DNA of 64,000 bases from an uncultured Planctomycetia bacterium (GTDB taxonomy: Bacteria; Omnitrophota; Gorgyraeia; Duberdicusellales; 4484-171): NCBI GenBank assembly GCA_964489445.1, contig CAZAYU010000002.1, positions 77,020 through 141,019 on the forward strand. The letters are read 5' to 3'. The translations under genes were made by a program, and so were the position numbers. This document shows positions 34,602-45,296 of this stretch, one piece after another. Numbering within the stretch: position 1 is the stretch's first letter; each line of letters starts with the position of its first letter. The notes below the pieces were generated by a model. The model worked only from the letters and a program-made list of their open reading frames with translations, did not search any database and was not told where the DNA came from.

Positions 34602-35503
34602 GACAGTGGATAGCTGTTTTTCTCGGGATAACTTTTTTATTGATTACGAATAATGCTTTTTCTTTTTCGGAAGACTGTTTAGAAATTAATCTAAACGAGA
34701 ACCGAATTAAATTAGTGAATTTAAATGTTGGGGGTTATATTGTAAACGGTAATGTCGCTTACAATATAAAAAAAGAAAATGGCTCTTTGCTGATAAACTT
34801 AGAAAGTAAAGAAATAAAGTTACTAAATGAAAAAGAGACAGAGAAAAGTATATCCTGGGTAAAATTACGTTTGGTAAAAACAAAAAACATTGTCTTCATA
34901 AATCATTTTTCTTCTTCTCAGCTTACAGCCACTGGATTATTGGATTTAGAAAGAGGAGAGTTAAAACTTAATGTTAGTGCAAACTGGCATGAATCTTCAA
35001 AATATCTTCAAGGTAATATTAAACTGAAAGCAAAGCTTTGGGGAAGATTCAGCGATTTCTTAACCAGTGGGTCATTGACGGTTAAGAAAGGTTATTACCA
35101 GGGTAACGAGTTTGATAATTTACGTATGGATTTTTTTGGAAAATTACCTTTGTTAAATATTACTGACTCAGAAGTTATTCTTTCTGATGGAAGCATCTTG
35201 GAGATAGAAGGAAGTTTGAATTTAAGCGACTCCTCTAATATGATGCCGGGTGCAGAGTTCATTGCTCAGAAAATTGTTGTTGATGGCTGGCAATTATTTT
35301 CGGCGAAAAAATCAGAGATCGGGCTTAAAAAAAATATTGATGAGAAAATAGGAGTATCCTTGAATGCAGGACGGGAAGAGGAGTGTTCCAGTACATATCC
35401 TAAAACAGAATTGCGTTATAACTGGCAAGGAGACAATTTTTTAAAGTTGAGAGTTGACGAAGAAGAAACTACTTTTGGTATTGAAAAAAGAAGGGATTTT
35501 TAA
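34598..35503 (+). CDS. Exported hypothetical protein, beta-rich, possibly AsmA/TamB-like.
   Basis: Signal peptide [23 protein letters not shown]. Start overlaps the clpC stop. No recognisable catalytic motif. Confidence 0.5.
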   Translation: MRQWIAVFLGITFLLITNNAFSFSEDCLEINLNENRIKLVNLNVGGYIVNGNVAYNIKKENGSLLINLESKEIKLLNEKETEKSISWVKLRLVKTKNIVFINHFSSSQLTATGLLDLERGELKLNVSANWHESSKYLQGNIKLKAKLWGRFSDFLTSGSLTVKKGYYQGNEFDNLRMDFFGKLPLLNITDSEVILSDGSILEIEGSLNLSDSSNMMPGAEFIAQKIVVDGWQLFSAKKSEIGLKKNIDEKIGVSLNAGREEECSSTYPKTELRYNWQGDNFLKLRVDEEETTFGIEKRRDF

Positions 35504-36267
35504 TGGAACTATTTAATAAAGCGAAGGAGTTATTCCATTATTCCGGAAGCTTGGGATTCTTTATAAAGGATACTCTTAAGTGGACGTTAATAAAGAAAAG
35601 AGATGTAAAAACATTATTTAGGGAGATAGTTTTTATTGGCATAGACAGCTTTCCTCTAGTTTCGCTAATCGCTTTTTTTATTGGAATAATTATTGCTTTT
35701 CAAAGCGCACATCAACTAAAAATGTTCAATTCAGAAATTCAACTGGCTCCATTGGTAGCTCTATCAATGGTCAGAGAACTAGGACCGGTTATCGGAGCTT
35801 TAATTGTCGCAGCTAGAAGTGGAGCGTCAATTACTGCTGGCATTGGCGCGATGAAGATCAGTGAACAGATAGACGCTTTAGAATCTTTTGGCATTGAGCC
35901 GATAGATTATCTAGTGGTGCCTAAGTTTATTGCCTTGATAGTGTGTATGCCTATTCTGGTTATTTATGCTGATTTTTTAGGAATATTGGGTGGTTATTTA
36001 GTGGGAGCCTTTAAACTTTCGATTCCCTATGCTCTTTATTTTAGGATGACTTTTGATGTTTTAGGGATAAAAGATATTCTTAGTGGGTTTATTAAGAGTA
36101 TTGCTTTTGGAGGAATAATTGCATTTATTTCTTGTTATGAAGGATTTCGTCCCTTTTCCTCTAAAGATGTTTCTCGGGCGGTTACTCATTCAGTAGTACG
36201 TTCTTTTATTTTAATTATTATCTGTGACAGCATACTAACTGCAATTTTTTATTTTAGCTGGATGTAA
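35503..36267 (+). CDS. mlaE: Mla-system ABC transporter permease.
   Basis: MlaE/Ttg2B topology and conserved segments. Confidence 0.8.
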   Translation: MELFNKAKELFHYSGSLGFFIKDTLKWTLIKKRDVKTLFREIVFIGIDSFPLVSLIAFFIGIIIAFQSAHQLKMFNSEIQLAPLVALSMVRELGPVIGALIVAARSGASITAGIGAMKISEQIDALESFGIEPIDYLVVPKFIALIVCMPILVIYADFLGILGGYLVGAFKLSIPYALYFRMTFDVLGIKDILSGFIKSIAFGGIIAFISCYEGFRPFSSKDVSRAVTHSVVRSFILIIICDSILTAIFYFSWM

Positions 36268-36301
36268 GATAGTTATAAAAAAAGTATTTTAAGCAAAAGC
36301 A

Positions 36302-37054
36302 ATGATAAAAATAAATAATATTTATAAATCTTTTTCCGGGAAGCAAGTTTTAAAAGGAATAAACTTAACAGTTAACAAGGGAGAAACATTTTTATTGATT
36401 GGCAGAAGTGGTGCGGGCAAAACAGTTCTTCTTAAAAATATCATTGGATTAATAACTCCTGATTCAGGAAGCATCCATATTGATGGAGTTGATATAACTC
36501 AATTAAATAAGCAAAATCTGGAAAAGGTAAGATTGGAATTTGGACTGGTGTTTCAAAGTGGAGCTCTTTTTGATTTTTTAACTGTAAAAGAAAATGTTGG
36601 TTTTTTTTTAAAGCAATACACTGATTTGAAAGATTCGCAAATTACAGAAAGAGTACAAGAAACATTAAGTATGGTAGGATTAAAGGGCATTGAAAAACTG
36701 TATCCTTATGAATTAAGTGGGGGTATGCAAAAACGAGTAGCAATCGCCCGGGCAATAATTTATAATCCGAAAATTATAATTTATGACGAGCCAACTACTG
36801 GCATAGACCCGATTTCGGTTGATAAGATAGTGTCTTTGATTGAAGATCTTCATAAACGACTATCAATTACTTCGTTAGTAGTTACTCATGATTTAGAAGT
36901 TGGGTTAAAATTAGCTAATCGTCTCGCTTTTTTATTAGGCGGGAAAATTATTTTTGAAGGTGACACTCAGGATCTACAAACAACAAGTGACCAACGGTTG
37001 ATACAATTTTTAAAGGGAAGTTCTGGCGGGCCGATTAAGGAAATGGAAGTATAG
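36302..37054 (+). CDS. mlaF: Mla-system ABC transporter ATPase.
   Basis: Walker A GRSGAGKT, LSGGMQKR, IIYDEPTTGID. Confidence 0.8.
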   Translation: MIKINNIYKSFSGKQVLKGINLTVNKGETFLLIGRSGAGKTVLLKNIIGLITPDSGSIHIDGVDITQLNKQNLEKVRLEFGLVFQSGALFDFLTVKENVGFFLKQYTDLKDSQITERVQETLSMVGLKGIEKLYPYELSGGMQKRVAIARAIIYNPKIIIYDEPTTGIDPISVDKIVSLIEDLHKRLSITSLVVTHDLEVGLKLANRLAFLLGGKIIFEGDTQDLQTTSDQRLIQFLKGSSGGPIKEMEV

Positions 37055-37160
37055 GTATAATTTTTTGTCTTAGATGAGGAAGGCTATCTTTAGACAATGT
37101 TTAAAGTGTAAATATTCAATTAAGTTATTATTTTTCTTAATTTAGTTAAAAGGGGGATAA

Positions 37161-37877
37161 ATGGGAAAAAATTTATGGGATAAAAAAACTAGCTTTATGT
37201 ATGTAAAAGTAGGAATTTTTTTTCTGACAGCTTTTTTTTTACTATTTATTGCTCTTTTATCAATGCGAAAGGTGGATATTTTTAAGGAAAAATATGTTAT
37301 TGCTGTTAAGTTTTATTTTGTTGAGGGCTTGCGTCCTTCTTCGCCGGTACGTTTTTGTGGTGTAGATGTTGGGGAAGTAGGCAAGTTAGTTATTCAAAAT
37401 GAGGAGGGGGGACATTCAGTTAAGGTTTATGCCCGGATAGAAAAAGGAGTAAAAATTCCTAAAGGTTCTTATTTTTTCATTAACAGTTTAAGTTTATTGG
37501 GAGAAAAGTATTTAGAGATTGACCCACCTTCTGTATTGACGGGGTATATGAATGCAGGAGACGTTATTGAAGGAATTTCTCCAATTCCGTTGTTTAATGT
37601 TTTTGCCAGCTTTAACAAAACAATGAAAGAAGTCAGTGAATTTGTAAAAGAGGGAAAAATAAAAACTTCTTTAGAATCTATTTTTTCAAATACTGAAGAC
37701 ATAACTATGGAATTAAAAGGGTTGGTAAAAGACTTAAAAGATAAGAAAGGAACGATAGGGCGGTTGCTCTATGATGATTCTTTATACCAAGAAACGGAAG
37801 AATTTATCCAAGACTTAAAGCAGCATCCCTGGAAATTATTGCATAAACCGAAGAAGTCTCGAGCAAAAAAGAGATAG
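37161..37877 (+). CDS. mlaD: Mla-system MCE-domain substrate-binding protein.
   Basis: N-terminal transmembrane anchor followed by an MCE domain (VRFCGVDVGEVGKL). Confidence 0.75.
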   Translation: MGKNLWDKKTSFMYVKVGIFFLTAFFLLFIALLSMRKVDIFKEKYVIAVKFYFVEGLRPSSPVRFCGVDVGEVGKLVIQNEEGGHSVKVYARIEKGVKIPKGSYFFINSLSLLGEKYLEIDPPSVLTGYMNAGDVIEGISPIPLFNVFASFNKTMKEVSEFVKEGKIKTSLESIFSNTEDITMELKGLVKDLKDKKGTIGRLLYDDSLYQETEEFIQDLKQHPWKLLHKPKKSRAKKR

Positions 37878-37986
37878 CTGATAGTAATGTGAAAGTAAAG
37901 TGTCGGGTTTAATTGTCGGCTATTGAATATGAGTTATTTATTCAAGCACAACAAGGACAAGCTTTAATTAGGTAGAAGGAACGGTT

Positions 37987-39315
37987 ATGTTTTATTGCGG
38001 AGAATGTGGTTATAAATCAATTAAATGGGTAGGTAAATGTCCGCTTTGCCAAGGCTGGGAGACTTTTATTCGGGAGAGCGATAGCCCTCAGAAAGAAATT
38101 GGGAGTAAATCTCCTCCTTGTTTACTGAGAGATGTCGAAAAAAAAGGAATTAAGAGAATTTCTACCGGATTAGATGAGCTCAATCGTATTTTAGGGGGAG
38201 GATTAGTTGAGGGTGAAATAATTTTAGTGGGAGGTCCTCCAGGAGTAGGTAAATCTACGCTTCTTTTGGATGTTGCTCGTCGACTTACAACTAAAGGAAA
38301 AACTCTTTATGTAAGCGCTGAGGAATCTCCCCGGCAAATTGCAATAAGAGCACAACGCTTAGGAGAAAAAACATTTGAAAATGTTTACATTGCGGGGGAA
38401 GATAATGCTGAAAATGTTTTTGAATATATTAAGCAAGAAAATTTTAAATTTGTAATTATTGATTCTATTCAAGTGGTGCATATTTCAAGTTGTGAGGGAG
38501 CAAAAGGAAGTGTTTCTCAAATTCGGGGGTGCGCTGATTATTTTACCAGGATTGCTAAAGCAATGGACGTGATTATTTTTTTAGTAGGACATGTCACTAA
38601 GGATGGGGTAATTGCTGGGCCGAAATTATTAGAACATATTGTAGACAGTGTTCTTTATTTTGAAGGTGAAAGCTTATCAAATTACCGGATTTTACGGTCA
38701 ATAAAAAATAGATTTGGTCCAACAGGAGATATTGCAGTGTTTGAGATGAAGTCTTCAGGACTGGTCGAAGTCAAAAAAATTACTGATATCTTCTTACCAC
38801 ACAAGGATGAATCTCTACCGGGAAGTTGTGTCATTTGTGCAATTGAGGGGTTGAGACCGATATTGATTGAATTGCAATCTTTGGTTAGTAAGGCGAGTTT
38901 TGGTACTGTCAGAAGAAGAAGCTTGGGTTTTGATTTTAATCGCTTTTCGCTTCTGGTTGCAATTATTGAAAAAAGAATAAAGATTTCCTTATCTAGCCAA
39001 GATATTTTTTTAAGCGTTGCCGGAGGACTAAAAATAAATGATCCAGCGGCAGATTTAGGAGCGGTTATGGCGATAATTTCTAGCTTTAAAGATAAAAGTA
39101 ATCCGCAAAGCATGGTATCTATTGGAGAAGTGGGTTTAGCCGGGGAAATCAGGAGAGTTAATAATATTAATCTAAGGCTGAAAGAAGTAGAAAGAGGTAA
39201 CTTTGAATTTTGTATTATTCCAAAGTCAAACTTAAAGGAGGTAGATAAACGGTTTAAATTTAAAATCAGAGGCTTTTCTTCTTTAAAAGATGTTATCAAC
39301 GAAGTGTTCAAGTAG
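37987..39315 (+). CDS. radA: DNA repair protein RadA/Sms.
   Basis: N-terminal C4 zinc finger CGECG...CPLCQ, a RecA-like ATPase GGPPGVGKST, and a C-terminal Lon-like domain. Confidence 0.9.
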   Translation: MFYCGECGYKSIKWVGKCPLCQGWETFIRESDSPQKEIGSKSPPCLLRDVEKKGIKRISTGLDELNRILGGGLVEGEIILVGGPPGVGKSTLLLDVARRLTTKGKTLYVSAEESPRQIAIRAQRLGEKTFENVYIAGEDNAENVFEYIKQENFKFVIIDSIQVVHISSCEGAKGSVSQIRGCADYFTRIAKAMDVIIFLVGHVTKDGVIAGPKLLEHIVDSVLYFEGESLSNYRILRSIKNRFGPTGDIAVFEMKSSGLVEVKKITDIFLPHKDESLPGSCVICAIEGLRPILIELQSLVSKASFGTVRRRSLGFDFNRFSLLVAIIEKRIKISLSSQDIFLSVAGGLKINDPAADLGAVMAIISSFKDKSNPQSMVSIGEVGLAGEIRRVNNINLRLKEVERGNFEFCIIPKSNLKEVDKRFKFKIRGFSSLKDVINEVFK

Positions 39316-39398
39316 AATCTTGGGATGTTTTATTCTACAGTGATTTCGGGTAGGCATAGTATAAGTATATCCGAATAATTATATTTAGGAGGAATATT

Positions 39399-40385
39399 AT
39401 GAGGGGATTAATTTTTTTGAGGATATTGTTTGTTTTTATCTTTGCTAGTATTGGTTATTCTTTAGGTGGAGATAATGCGCTTATCTTTGCTAGTATTGGT
39501 TTAGTCTTTGGCATGGGAATTGTTTTTTTTGAGGCTTTTGCTCGTAAGGTTTCTTTGAAAGGATTATCTAGCGCAGTATTTGGGATAGTGTTAGGTTTAA
39601 TAATTACTTGGATATTTTCCAAAACGTTGAATCAATTTTCTTTTCCGGAAGGGTTCGATAATATCATCAATACTATTAAATTGTTTGTTACGTTTATTTT
39701 TGTGTACCTAGGCCTTACATTAGGAATCAAAGGCAAGGACGATTTTTGTTTAGTTATTCCATATGTTAAGTTTAAACGCCAGGATTTAAGAGAAGAATCC
39801 ATAATTATTGATACTAGTAGTATCATTGACGGAAGGATATTGGATATTGTAAAAACAAAATTTATCGAGGCGAAATTTGTTGTTCCTCGATTTGTCCTTA
39901 ATGAACTACATGCTTTGGCTGATTCTACTGATCATATGAAGCGTCAAAAAGGAAAACGAGGGATAGAAATTCTCCATTCACTAAAAAAAGAGCCAAACAT
40001 TGAAGTAGAAGTCCAAGATGCTGATGTAGATAGCGTAAAAAGTGTGGATGAAAAAATAATTAGGTTGGCCCAATATTCAGATGCTCGAGTACTAACTACT
40101 GATTATAATTTAAATAGGATTGCTCAACTTCAAGGAGTAACGGTTTTGAATATTAATGATTTAGCTAATGCTTTAAAGCCGACGTTTATTGCCGGACAGC
40201 AATTTAATTTAAAATTAATCAAGGAAGGAAAAGAGCACAATCAGGCCCTAGGATATTTAGAAGACGGAACAATGGTGGTTGTTGAAAATGCTCGGAAACA
40301 TATTAGCCGTAATGTTGCAGTTGAGGTAACTTCTATATTGCAAAGTTCAAGCGGACGGATAGTGTTTACTAAAATGGTGCAGTAA
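39399..40385 (+). CDS. PIN/TRAM domain membrane protein (YacL-like).
   Basis: N-terminal transmembrane helices, a PIN domain with acidic residues, and a C-terminal TRAM-like beta segment. Confidence 0.6.
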   Translation: MRGLIFLRILFVFIFASIGYSLGGDNALIFASIGLVFGMGIVFFEAFARKVSLKGLSSAVFGIVLGLIITWIFSKTLNQFSFPEGFDNIINTIKLFVTFIFVYLGLTLGIKGKDDFCLVIPYVKFKRQDLREESIIIDTSSIIDGRILDIVKTKFIEAKFVVPRFVLNELHALADSTDHMKRQKGKRGIEILHSLKKEPNIEVEVQDADVDSVKSVDEKIIRLAQYSDARVLTTDYNLNRIAQLQGVTVLNINDLANALKPTFIAGQQFNLKLIKEGKEHNQALGYLEDGTMVVVENARKHISRNVAVEVTSILQSSSGRIVFTKMVQ

Positions 40386-40435
40386 GTTTTATATGCTTTA
40401 CAGGAGCAACATGAACCTTCTATAAGCATTTAATT

Positions 40436-41572
40436 ATGAAAGTTGCAGCAATAATAGTTTGTGCCGGAAGAGGAAAAAGGTTGAAAGGCCCAGATAAAGC
40501 ACTTTTAGACATTGGTGATGGACCGCTTTTTTCTTATAGCGTCAAATTATTCAAAGGAATTAGGCAAATTGAACAAATAATTTTAGTTTTAAGGAAAGAG
40601 AATTTTAAAATAGCGGAAAAATATATTTTAGGTGGACGTATCACGTTAACAAAAGGGGGGCCAAAAAGAAAAGACTCCGTATTTAATGGTTTGTCGGCTC
40701 TAAAGCCGGAAATAGATTATGTGCTGATTCATGATGCGGCAAGACCGTTTGCAAGCAAGAAAGTAATCTTACGCATTTTAAAAGAGCTAAAAAAATACCC
40801 AGGAGTTATTTGTGCTATGAATCCTGTGGATACTGTTAAATCTATAGATGGTAATTTTATCAAAAAAACACTTAACCGAGATAGCATAATCTTGGCACAA
40901 ACTCCTCAAGGATTTAGAAGAAAAATAATCTGTAAAGCCTACAATCAATTTAAGCACAAAAAGTTTACTGACGATGCGCAGCTTTTAGAATTATCTGGGC
41001 ATAAGGTAAAGTATGTTAAAGGTGAATCTGGCAATTTTAAAATAACCTATTTTCCTGATTTTCTATTGTCTAAGCAGATTTTTGCTAAGAAAAAACATTA
41101 TAAATCTGGTTTGGGGTTTGATGTGCACAAAATAAGTCGTCGGAAAAAAGATTTAATTTTAGGAGGCGTGAAAATTCCTTGTTTGTTTAGCTTGGAGGCA
41201 ATTTCTGATGGCGATGTGGTACTACACGCTTTAAGCGACGGATTGTGCGGCGCGTGCAATTTAGGAGATATTGGCGATTACTTTCCTCCGGAAGCAAAAG
41301 AATCAAAAGGTATTAACAGCTGTAATATTTTAAAATTTATATTGAATAAGCTTCACAATAAGTATAGTATTGAAAATATTGACATTACTATTGTAGCTGA
41401 AAAACCTCGTCTTGTTTCTTATAAAAAAGAAATAACTGATTCTCTAAGGAGCATTTTAAATATTACAATGGTAAATGTAAAGATTAAGTCAAAAGAAGGT
41501 TTGGATATTTTGGGAGGAAAAAACAGTATTAGTTGTTTTGCTAATGTCTTGGTAAGTGGCAATAAAAAATAA
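40436..41572 (+). CDS. ispDF: Bifunctional MEP cytidylyltransferase / MEcPP synthase (IspD-IspF fusion).
   Basis: N-terminal AIIVCAGRGKRL (IspD). C-terminal GLGFDVHKI...DGDVVLHALSDGL (IspF). Confidence 0.85.
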   Translation: MKVAAIIVCAGRGKRLKGPDKALLDIGDGPLFSYSVKLFKGIRQIEQIILVLRKENFKIAEKYILGGRITLTKGGPKRKDSVFNGLSALKPEIDYVLIHDAARPFASKKVILRILKELKKYPGVICAMNPVDTVKSIDGNFIKKTLNRDSIILAQTPQGFRRKIICKAYNQFKHKKFTDDAQLLELSGHKVKYVKGESGNFKITYFPDFLLSKQIFAKKKHYKSGLGFDVHKISRRKKDLILGGVKIPCLFSLEAISDGDVVLHALSDGLCGACNLGDIGDYFPPEAKESKGINSCNILKFILNKLHNKYSIENIDITIVAEKPRLVSYKKEITDSLRSILNITMVNVKIKSKEGLDILGGKNSISCFANVLVSGNKK

Positions 41573-41581
41573 AATAAATAA

Positions 41582-43018
41582 ATGGATAAGCAGAAAATAG
41601 TGGTTTACAATTCCTTAACCAGGAAAAAAGAAGAGTTTTTCCCAATTGATGATAAACAAATTCGCATGTATACTTGTGGAGTTACGGTATACGATGATTG
41701 TCATATAGGGCATGCTCGTAGTCTTTATGTATTTGATGTTATTCGTAAATATTTTGAATATCGTAAATTTAAAGTTAACTTTGTGAGAAATATAACAGAT
41801 ATTGATGATAAGATTGTCAACCGTGCTAAACAACTAAATGTTAGTTGGGAAAAACTATCGGCTAAATATATCAAAAGATATCAAGAAGACCTAAAAACCC
41901 TAGGCGTAAGTAGTAATCATGATGGAGTCGAAGAAGAGCCTCGAGCTACCAATAATATTCAGGAAATGATTGATTTTATTAGCGATTTAATTTGTAAAGG
42001 ATATGCTTACTGTGCGGAAAATGGTGTTTATTTTCGAGTCAGAAAATTTGATAAATATGGAGAATTATCTGGCCAGAATACCAATCAAATGTATAACAAT
42101 ATTCGGATAGAAGCTGACACTCAAAAAGAAGATCCTCTTGATTTTGCTCTCTGGAAAAAAAGTAAGGAAGGAGAGCCTTTCTGGGATAGCCCTTGGGGGG
42201 CAGGCAGGCCTGGTTGGCATATTGAGTGTTCAGCTATGAGCCAAAAATATCTTAGAGCAGAAACACTAGATATCCATGGAGGAGGAAGAGATTTAATATT
42301 TCCCCACCATGAAAATGAAAAAGCGCAAAGTGAAGCAAGAACTGGTAAATCTTTTGCTAACTATTGGATTCACCATGGGCTGCTAACGATTAACGGTCAG
42401 AAGATGTCTAAATCATTAGGTAATTTTATTACAATAAAAGACTTTATGAATAAATATCAAGACGCGGATATTTTGAAATTATTTTTTCTCTCGACACACT
42501 ACTCACATTCTATAGATTATACAGAAGTAAAGATTAACGAAGCAAAGAAACAACGGAAAATTTTTAATGAATTTTTTGATAAAGTGCATCTACGTGTTTT
42601 AAAGCCAGAAGGAAAAAATAATCCATTCTCTGAGAAGGATAAAACATGGATAGACGATATTTGTGCCAAGTTCAGAAAAGCTATGAATGATAATTTTAAT
42701 ACTCCACAGGCTTTAGGATATTTGTTTGAGCTAATTGATGCTGGGAATGGTTTCATTTCCTCTGATAAGCAAGACGCGAGTCTTTATGTTGTAACGAAAA
42801 TAGAAGAATTTTTTAGTATTTTAGGGCTGCGGGTGAAACCACATATTACTATGCCGCAAGACGTGGAGAAGCTCATTTGCAAGAGAGATGAAGCTAGAAA
42901 ACGAAAGGACTTTAAACAGTCAGATGAGATACGGAAAGAAATTGAGTTGCTCGGATATTTGGTTGTAGATACCAGTAGCACTATAAGACTTATTGAAAAG
43001 GAGCCGGATGAGCTATAA
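41582..43018 (+). CDS. cysS: Cysteinyl-tRNA synthetase.
   Basis: HIGH (HIGHARS) and KMSKS motifs; class I layout. Confidence 0.9.
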   Translation: MDKQKIVVYNSLTRKKEEFFPIDDKQIRMYTCGVTVYDDCHIGHARSLYVFDVIRKYFEYRKFKVNFVRNITDIDDKIVNRAKQLNVSWEKLSAKYIKRYQEDLKTLGVSSNHDGVEEEPRATNNIQEMIDFISDLICKGYAYCAENGVYFRVRKFDKYGELSGQNTNQMYNNIRIEADTQKEDPLDFALWKKSKEGEPFWDSPWGAGRPGWHIECSAMSQKYLRAETLDIHGGGRDLIFPHHENEKAQSEARTGKSFANYWIHHGLLTINGQKMSKSLGNFITIKDFMNKYQDADILKLFFLSTHYSHSIDYTEVKINEAKKQRKIFNEFFDKVHLRVLKPEGKNNPFSEKDKTWIDDICAKFRKAMNDNFNTPQALGYLFELIDAGNGFISSDKQDASLYVVTKIEEFFSILGLRVKPHITMPQDVEKLICKRDEARKRKDFKQSDEIRKEIELLGYLVVDTSSTIRLIEKEPDEL

Positions 43019-43673
43019 GAGCAGAAATAAAAGACAAGCTTTATTTATTACAGTTGAAGGGTTAGAAGGAAGCGGAAAGAGCAGTGTTATTAAATATATT
43101 TATGGTTTGCTTAAAGAAAAAAAATTTAAAGTAAATGTGTATCGAGAACCTGGGTCAACTAAAATCGGAGAAAAAATTAGAAAAATATTATTGGATAACA
43201 AGAACAAGAAATTATCTTCTCATACGGAGCTTCTCTTGTATCTGGCTTCCAGAACACAACTCATCGAAGAGAAGATCAAAATTGATATGAAGAGATATGA
43301 TTTTATAATCTGTGATAGATTTTTTGATTCAACGCTTGTTTATCAAGGGGTTGCTCTAAATCTAGGTAAAATAACTGAAGAAGCAGTAAAATTATTCTCG
43401 TTGGGAGTAAGTCCGGACTTAACATTTTTTTTAGACACTCCGGTCGAGGATGGATTAGCGCGTTTAACGACTAAAGATCGAATTGAATCACGGCCGCTAG
43501 ATTTTCATAAAAGATTACGTGTAGGTTATTTAAGGATTGCTAAAAAATATCCGAAAAGAGTAATCAAGGTAAACGCGAAAGGAAATTTGCCAGAAATCTA
43601 TAAAAGAGTAAAGGTGTTGTTGGATGATTTTATTGTTCGGAAGCTAAAGCAAGGAAATATCGATAAGCTGTAA
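42993..43673 (+). CDS. tmk: Thymidylate kinase. The start is ambiguous: 42993 or the internal ATG about 15 nt downstream.
   Basis: P-loop VEGLEGSGKSS and a DRF-like segment. Confidence 0.85.
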   Translation: MKRSRMSYKSRNKRQALFITVEGLEGSGKSSVIKYIYGLLKEKKFKVNVYREPGSTKIGEKIRKILLDNKNKKLSSHTELLLYLASRTQLIEEKIKIDMKRYDFIICDRFFDSTLVYQGVALNLGKITEEAVKLFSLGVSPDLTFFLDTPVEDGLARLTTKDRIESRPLDFHKRLRVGYLRIAKKYPKRVIKVNAKGNLPEIYKRVKVLLDDFIVRKLKQGNIDKL

Positions 43674-43677
43674 AAAA

Positions 43678-44442
43678 ATGGATATTCTGAACTATTTTAG
43701 CATTTTAAAAGATCAGGAAACTATAGGGTCTTCTTATCTGTTTGTGGGTGGCGATTTTTTATTAGTTCAAGATGTATTCAGAACTATTAATTGCCAGAAG
43801 GAGAAAAATTTTTGTGGTATTTGCTGGGATTGTAAAAAAATAAAAGAGATGAACCATCCGGACTTGTTTATTGTCGAGCCGGAAGGGATGACAACTAAAA
43901 TTTCTGCTATACGTGGAATAAATCAGTTTCTTTCTTTGAAAAGTTTTCGAGCGCCGTACAAAATAGTAATTATTAAAGATGGGTTGAGTTTGTCGACAGA
44001 CGCAGCAAATGCTTTCTTAAAAACATTGGAAGAACCACCACATAATTCGTTTATTGCTATTTGTACTCCCAAGATAGAAGGGCTCCTGCCAACAATAGTG
44101 TCTCGTTGTCGGAAGATTTTTCTTCCTTGCGCTGGCAACAGCAGCGGTTTTACTAATTCACTAGATGTCATTGATTTTGTAAATGGAAAAAAGATGGAGT
44201 TTAGAGATCGCCGTAAATTTTCTGTTTTTCTCTGGGAATTTATTCTATTTTTACGCGGCACATTAACAAATAAAGCTGGGTACCAAAAGGGAGCTAACGG
44301 ACTTTGTAAATATCCTGAATCTTGGAAATTTTATAGTGTAAAACAAATTTCTTGTATGCTAAAAAATGCTTTGAGAATTTATGAATCACGCGGTAACATT
44401 AATATAAATTTGGCATTAGAATTGATAAGAGCAGAGTTTTAA
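43678..44442 (+). CDS. holB: DNA polymerase III delta-prime subunit-like protein.
   Basis: KTLEEPP...LPTIVSRCRKIF box. Sits in the conserved tmk-holB position. Confidence 0.65.
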   Translation: MDILNYFSILKDQETIGSSYLFVGGDFLLVQDVFRTINCQKEKNFCGICWDCKKIKEMNHPDLFIVEPEGMTTKISAIRGINQFLSLKSFRAPYKIVIIKDGLSLSTDAANAFLKTLEEPPHNSFIAICTPKIEGLLPTIVSRCRKIFLPCAGNSSGFTNSLDVIDFVNGKKMEFRDRRKFSVFLWEFILFLRGTLTNKAGYQKGANGLCKYPESWKFYSVKQISCMLKNALRIYESRGNININLALELIRAEF

Positions 44443-44489
44443 TATTTATGGTAGAGGTAATAAGGAAAAAATAGGAATATAATTTTAAA

Positions 44490-45296
44490 ATGGAGACAAA
44501 CATGAAAACAATATTAGTACGATTGAGAGAGTCTGGTCAAATGATTGCTTATCGAGTGAATGACGATGTCAACCTTCATGACTCTGTTATAGTAGAGGCA
44601 GATAGAGGCGTTGACTATGGAGAGGTTATCAAAGTTTGTAGGGCTGATTTTGGGACTGACAAACAGGATGGCAAGATCAAGGTTTCTAAAAGCATTATTC
44701 GTAAAGCTTCCTCAGAGGATTTAAAGCAAATAAAGTCTAATAAACAGGAAGCAAAAGATGCTGCTAAATTATGTTCACGTAAAATAAAAGAATATAAATT
44801 AGCAATGAAATTAGTAGATTCTGAGTATTCTTTTGATAAAAAGAAAATTGTTTTTTATTTTACTTCTGAAGAAAGGGTTGATTTCCGGGAGTTAGTTAAA
44901 GAATTAGCAAAAGTATTTAAAATTAGAATAGAAATGCGCCAAGTGGGAGTAAGGGACGAAGCAAAGCTTTTTGGAGGGGTTGGCCCTTGTGGGCAGACAC
45001 TATGTTGTGTCCGGTTTTTAAAGAGCTTTGAGCCAGTGAGCATGAAAATGGCTAAATTGCAGAGATTATCCTTAAGCTCAGGAAAGATTTCCGGAATTTG
45101 TGGAAGGTTAATGTGTTGTTTATTCTATGAGTATAAGAATTATCGAGAATTATCAAAAGGCCTTCCCAAGGAAGGGCAAACCATAGCAACACCCCAAGGC
45201 AAAGGTAGAGTGATATCTGTTAATGTTTTGAAAAGAACAATTTGTGTTGAGCTAGAAGATGGAAGGATGGAGAAAATATCATTCAATAATGAGTAA
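44490..45296 (+). CDS. ricT: PSP1-domain protein (RicT/YaaT family).
   Basis: FGGVGPCGQTLCC...GICGRLMCC Cys motifs of PSP1/RicT. Conserved position after holB. Confidence 0.7.
   Translation: METNMKTILVRLRESGQMIAYRVNDDVNLHDSVIVEADRGVDYGEVIKVCRADFGTDKQDGKIKVSKSIIRKASSEDLKQIKSNKQEAKDAAKLCSRKIKEYKLAMKLVDSEYSFDKKKIVFYFTSEERVDFRELVKELAKVFKIRIEMRQVGVRDEAKLFGGVGPCGQTLCCVRFLKSFEPVSMKMAKLQRLSLSSGKISGICGRLMCCLFYEYKNYRELSKGLPKEGQTIATPQGKGRVISVNVLKRTICVELEDGRMEKISFNNE

Noticed and set aside
45259-45288. Upstream start for metG (track call 45259) inside ricT.
   Set aside because: The conserved MetRS N-terminus begins at [23 protein letters not shown] (ATG about 45289). The extension adds 10 non-conserved residues and overlaps ricT.
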